In this document: positions 61,876 through 64,000 of the stretch, one piece after another
Position numbering within the stretch: position 1 is the stretch's first letter
How the letters are laid out: every line of letters starts with the position of its first letter
DNA from: Bryobacterales bacterium
Lineage (GTDB): Bacteria > Acidobacteriota > Terriglobia > Bryobacterales > Bryobacteraceae
Reading direction: 5' to 3'
NCBI GenBank assembly: GCA_009697455.1
Contig: SHUI01000001.1
Location: 2,679-66,678, forward strand
Length of the DNA: 64,000 bases
The notes under the pieces: model-generated
What the model saw: only the letters and a program-made list of their open reading frames with translations
The model's database searches: none
Told to the model about the DNA's origin: nothing
Translations under genes and position numbers: made by a program

Positions 61876-64000
61876 ATGAAACGCACATTGATTGCTTTGT
61901 TCATTGGATTATTGGGATCGACTCTGGCGTGTGCCAGCGTGTGGGCTCAGGCGACAGCACAGATCAGTGGTGCAGTCAAAGATCAGAGCGGCGCGGTGCT
62001 GCCTGGCGTGGAAGTGACGGCAACGCGAACCGACACCGGCATCAGCCGCAATACCGTCACGAATGAAACCGGAGCCTACGTTCTGCCGAATCTGGCCGTT
62101 GGGCCCTATCGACTGGAAGCGGGCTTGCCTGGCTTTCGCACGTTTGTACAAACGGGAATTGTCCTGCAGGTCAACAGCAACGCGGTGATCAACCCGGTGC
62201 TCGAAGTTGGCCAGGTCACCGAGTCGGTCGAGGTTCAGGCCAATGTGGCGCAGGTGGAAACACGGAGCACCGCCGTGGGTCAGGTTATCGAGAACGAGCG
62301 GATTCTGGAACTGCCGCTGAACGGGCGGCAGGTGACCGACCTCATCACACTTTCCGGCGCTGCGGTCGAGACAGGCAAAAGCGGCAATCAAAGTATGCCG
62401 GGAGGTGCGAACATATCGATCGCCGGCGGATTGAGTTTTGGAGTGTCGTATGCCCTTGACGGGGCTATGCACAACGATCCGTATGCCGGCGCCAACCTGG
62501 TGATGCCATTTCCCGATGCGCTGCAGGAGTTCAGGGTGGAGGCTGCGGGGTTGTCCGCAAACAGCGGCATGAAATCGGGAGGCGCCGTTAACGCAGTCAC
62601 CAAGTCCGGCACCAATGAGTTCCATGGCGACCTGTTTGAGTTTGTCCGCAACTACAAGTTCAACGCCCGCGATTATTTTGCGGTGAAGCGCGACTCGCTG
62701 AAACGCAACCAGTACGGCGGGACGATTGGCGGACCCATTGCGAGGAACAAGCTCTTCTTTTTCGGCGGTTTTCAAGGCACCAAAACGCGTTCGGATCCGG
62801 GCACGACGATCCGCTACGTTCCGACAGCGGCCATGCTGGCCGGCGACTTTAGAACGTTCGCCTCACCACTCTGCAACGCCGGGCGGCAGATCGCGTTGAG
62901 GGCGCCGTTCGTCAACAACCAGATCAATCCCGCGCTGTACAGTCCGGCCGCAGTGAAACTCGCGGCCAAACTTTCCAAGGGGCAGGATGAGTGCGGCAAG
63001 GTCACCTACGGGCTCGTGTCGAAAATAAATGAGATGCAGGCTGTGGGCAAAGTCGACTACCAGTGGAGTAACGCTCATTCGATCTTCGGGCGGTACATGG
63101 CAACGACGTACGACCAGCCGCCGCCGTTCACTTATTCCGACAACCTCCTGACCTCCACGGACGCCGGGTTTGACAACCTGGCGCAGTCCTACGCTGCGGG
63201 CAGCACCTATTTATTCAGTTCCAACACGATCAATGCTCTCCGGTTGACGGTGAATCGCACCGCCATCAAGCGGTATCACCCCGACATCGGTTTTTCCGCC
63301 CCCGACATAGGCGTGAACAGTTACAGCTTCCTGAAGGACTTCCTGGTTCTGAGTGTAACCGGCGGGTTCAATGTTGGTGGCGGCTCGGCGCAGTTGTCCA
63401 CTTTCCGGACCACCTCCTATCAGCTTGCCGACGATGTGAGTCTGATTCGTGGAAACCATCAGATGTCGCTGGGCGTGAATCTGTCGCACTGGCGGACCAA
63501 TCAGTACGCTCACATTCGCGATTCGGGGACATACATGTTCGATGGCTCGGCCACCGGTTTGGGACTTGCGGACTACATGACAGGACAGTTGACGAGCATG
63601 AGGCATGGTTCGACCGGAGCATGGGGAACTCGCCAGGACTATATCGCCATATATGCGGCGGACATCTGGAAAGCGACGCCAAGGCTCAGCCTTAGTTACG
63701 GCGTGCGATGGGAACCGTTCCTGCCGTTGAAGCAGAATCTGGGCGTTCCGTATGCCTTCAGTGAAAACAAGTTCCGGCAAGGCATCAAGAGCAAATCCTA
63801 TCCAAACGCGCCGGCAGGTCTCTATTACCCGGGTGACGACGGCTTCCCAACATCGGGCTCGCCCATGGCCAACAGGAAAGCGCTGTTCAACCCCCGCGTC
63901 GGATTGGCCTGGGATATCCAGGGTGACGGGCGCACGTCGCTTCGCGCTTCCGGCGGCATAGCCACCGACTTAACAGTAACGAACCTGTTTGGAGGCGGAA
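61876..64000 (+). CDS. Oar-like TonB-dependent receptor, paralogue (partial; continues past window end)
   Basis: ATG 61876 has the SD AGGAGG upstream. The N-terminus reads MKRTLIALFIGLLGSTLACASVWAQATAQISGAVKDQSGAVLPGVEVTATRTDTGISRNTVTNETGAYVLPNLAVGPYRLEAGLPGF. It is visibly similar at the DNA level to 55846-56300, and the frame stays open to the window edge, which is why the ORF track lacks it. Confidence 0.8.
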   Translation, partial: MKRTLIALFIGLLGSTLACASVWAQATAQISGAVKDQSGAVLPGVEVTATRTDTGISRNTVTNETGAYVLPNLAVGPYRLEAGLPGFRTFVQTGIVLQVNSNAVINPVLEVGQVTESVEVQANVAQVETRSTAVGQVIENERILELPLNGRQVTDLITLSGAAVETGKSGNQSMPGGANISIAGGLSFGVSYALDGAMHNDPYAGANLVMPFPDALQEFRVEAAGLSANSGMKSGGAVNAVTKSGTNEFHGDLFEFVRNYKFNARDYFAVKRDSLKRNQYGGTIGGPIARNKLFFFGGFQGTKTRSDPGTTIRYVPTAAMLAGDFRTFASPLCNAGRQIALRAPFVNNQINPALYSPAAVKLAAKLSKGQDECGKVTYGLVSKINEMQAVGKVDYQWSNAHSIFGRYMATTYDQPPPFTYSDNLLTSTDAGFDNLAQSYAAGSTYLFSSNTINALRLTVNRTAIKRYHPDIGFSAPDIGVNSYSFLKDFLVLSVTGGFNVGGGSAQLSTFRTTSYQLADDVSLIRGNHQMSLGVNLSHWRTNQYAHIRDSGTYMFDGSATGLGLADYMTGQLTSMRHGSTGAWGTRQDYIAIYAADIWKATPRLSLSYGVRWEPFLPLKQNLGVPYAFSENKFRQGIKSKSYPNAPAGLYYPGDDGFPTSGSPMANRKALFNPRVGLAWDIQGDGRTSLRASGGIATDLTVTNLFGGG

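Overview
High-GC bacterial chromosome segment. It is most consistent with an Acidobacteriota (Solibacter/Bryobacter-like) genome. That is an inference from two Oar-like TonB-dependent receptors, two giant secreted proteins ending in a Solibacter-type C-terminal domain, and overall gene content. Layout: (i) 0.5-9.4 kb holds an orphan cpaF plus an OMP gene and two giant secreted beta-propeller proteins. (ii) 9.5-22.9 kb holds a complete Tad/Flp pilus locus: a DUF192-TadD fusion, a 57-aa flp pilin missing from the ORF track, a GT-C-like membrane protein, cpaA/tadV, cpaB, cpaC, tadG, two tadE, cpaE/tadZ, cpaF, tadB, tadC and a small TM ORF. (iii) 23.1-26.9 kb is an islet of four toxin-antitoxin / abortive-infection modules (MazEF-like, HigBA-like, DUF4160/DUF2442, AbiEi/AbiEii). 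(iv) 27-44.8 kb holds an M16 peptidase and a long run of exported enzymes and unknowns, including three DUF6152-like proteins and three paralogous partner proteins. (v) 44.8-50 kb holds tRNA-Leu(CAA), an integrase remnant, a DUF433/DUF5615 pair and several frameshifted genes. (vi) 50-64 kb holds two tandem fused MFS/spermidine-synthase genes and two paralogous Oar-like receptor cassettes. The most striking signal is non-genic. A ~190-bp nested-palindrome element (TATTCCCCTCC...GGAGGGGAATA) occurs 13 times, about 2.6 kb or ~4% of the window by hand count. One copy (55183-55761) is full length and carries a frameshifted DUF559 (Vsr-fold) endonuclease gene exactly in its central loop. This is a candidate for an undescribed endonuclease-associated MITE-like system. 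Copies also abut start codons, supply Shine-Dalgarno sequences to tad genes, and in two cases appear to have overwritten native start codons. All calls come from reading the sequence and the ORF track and from remembered family motifs. No searches were run.
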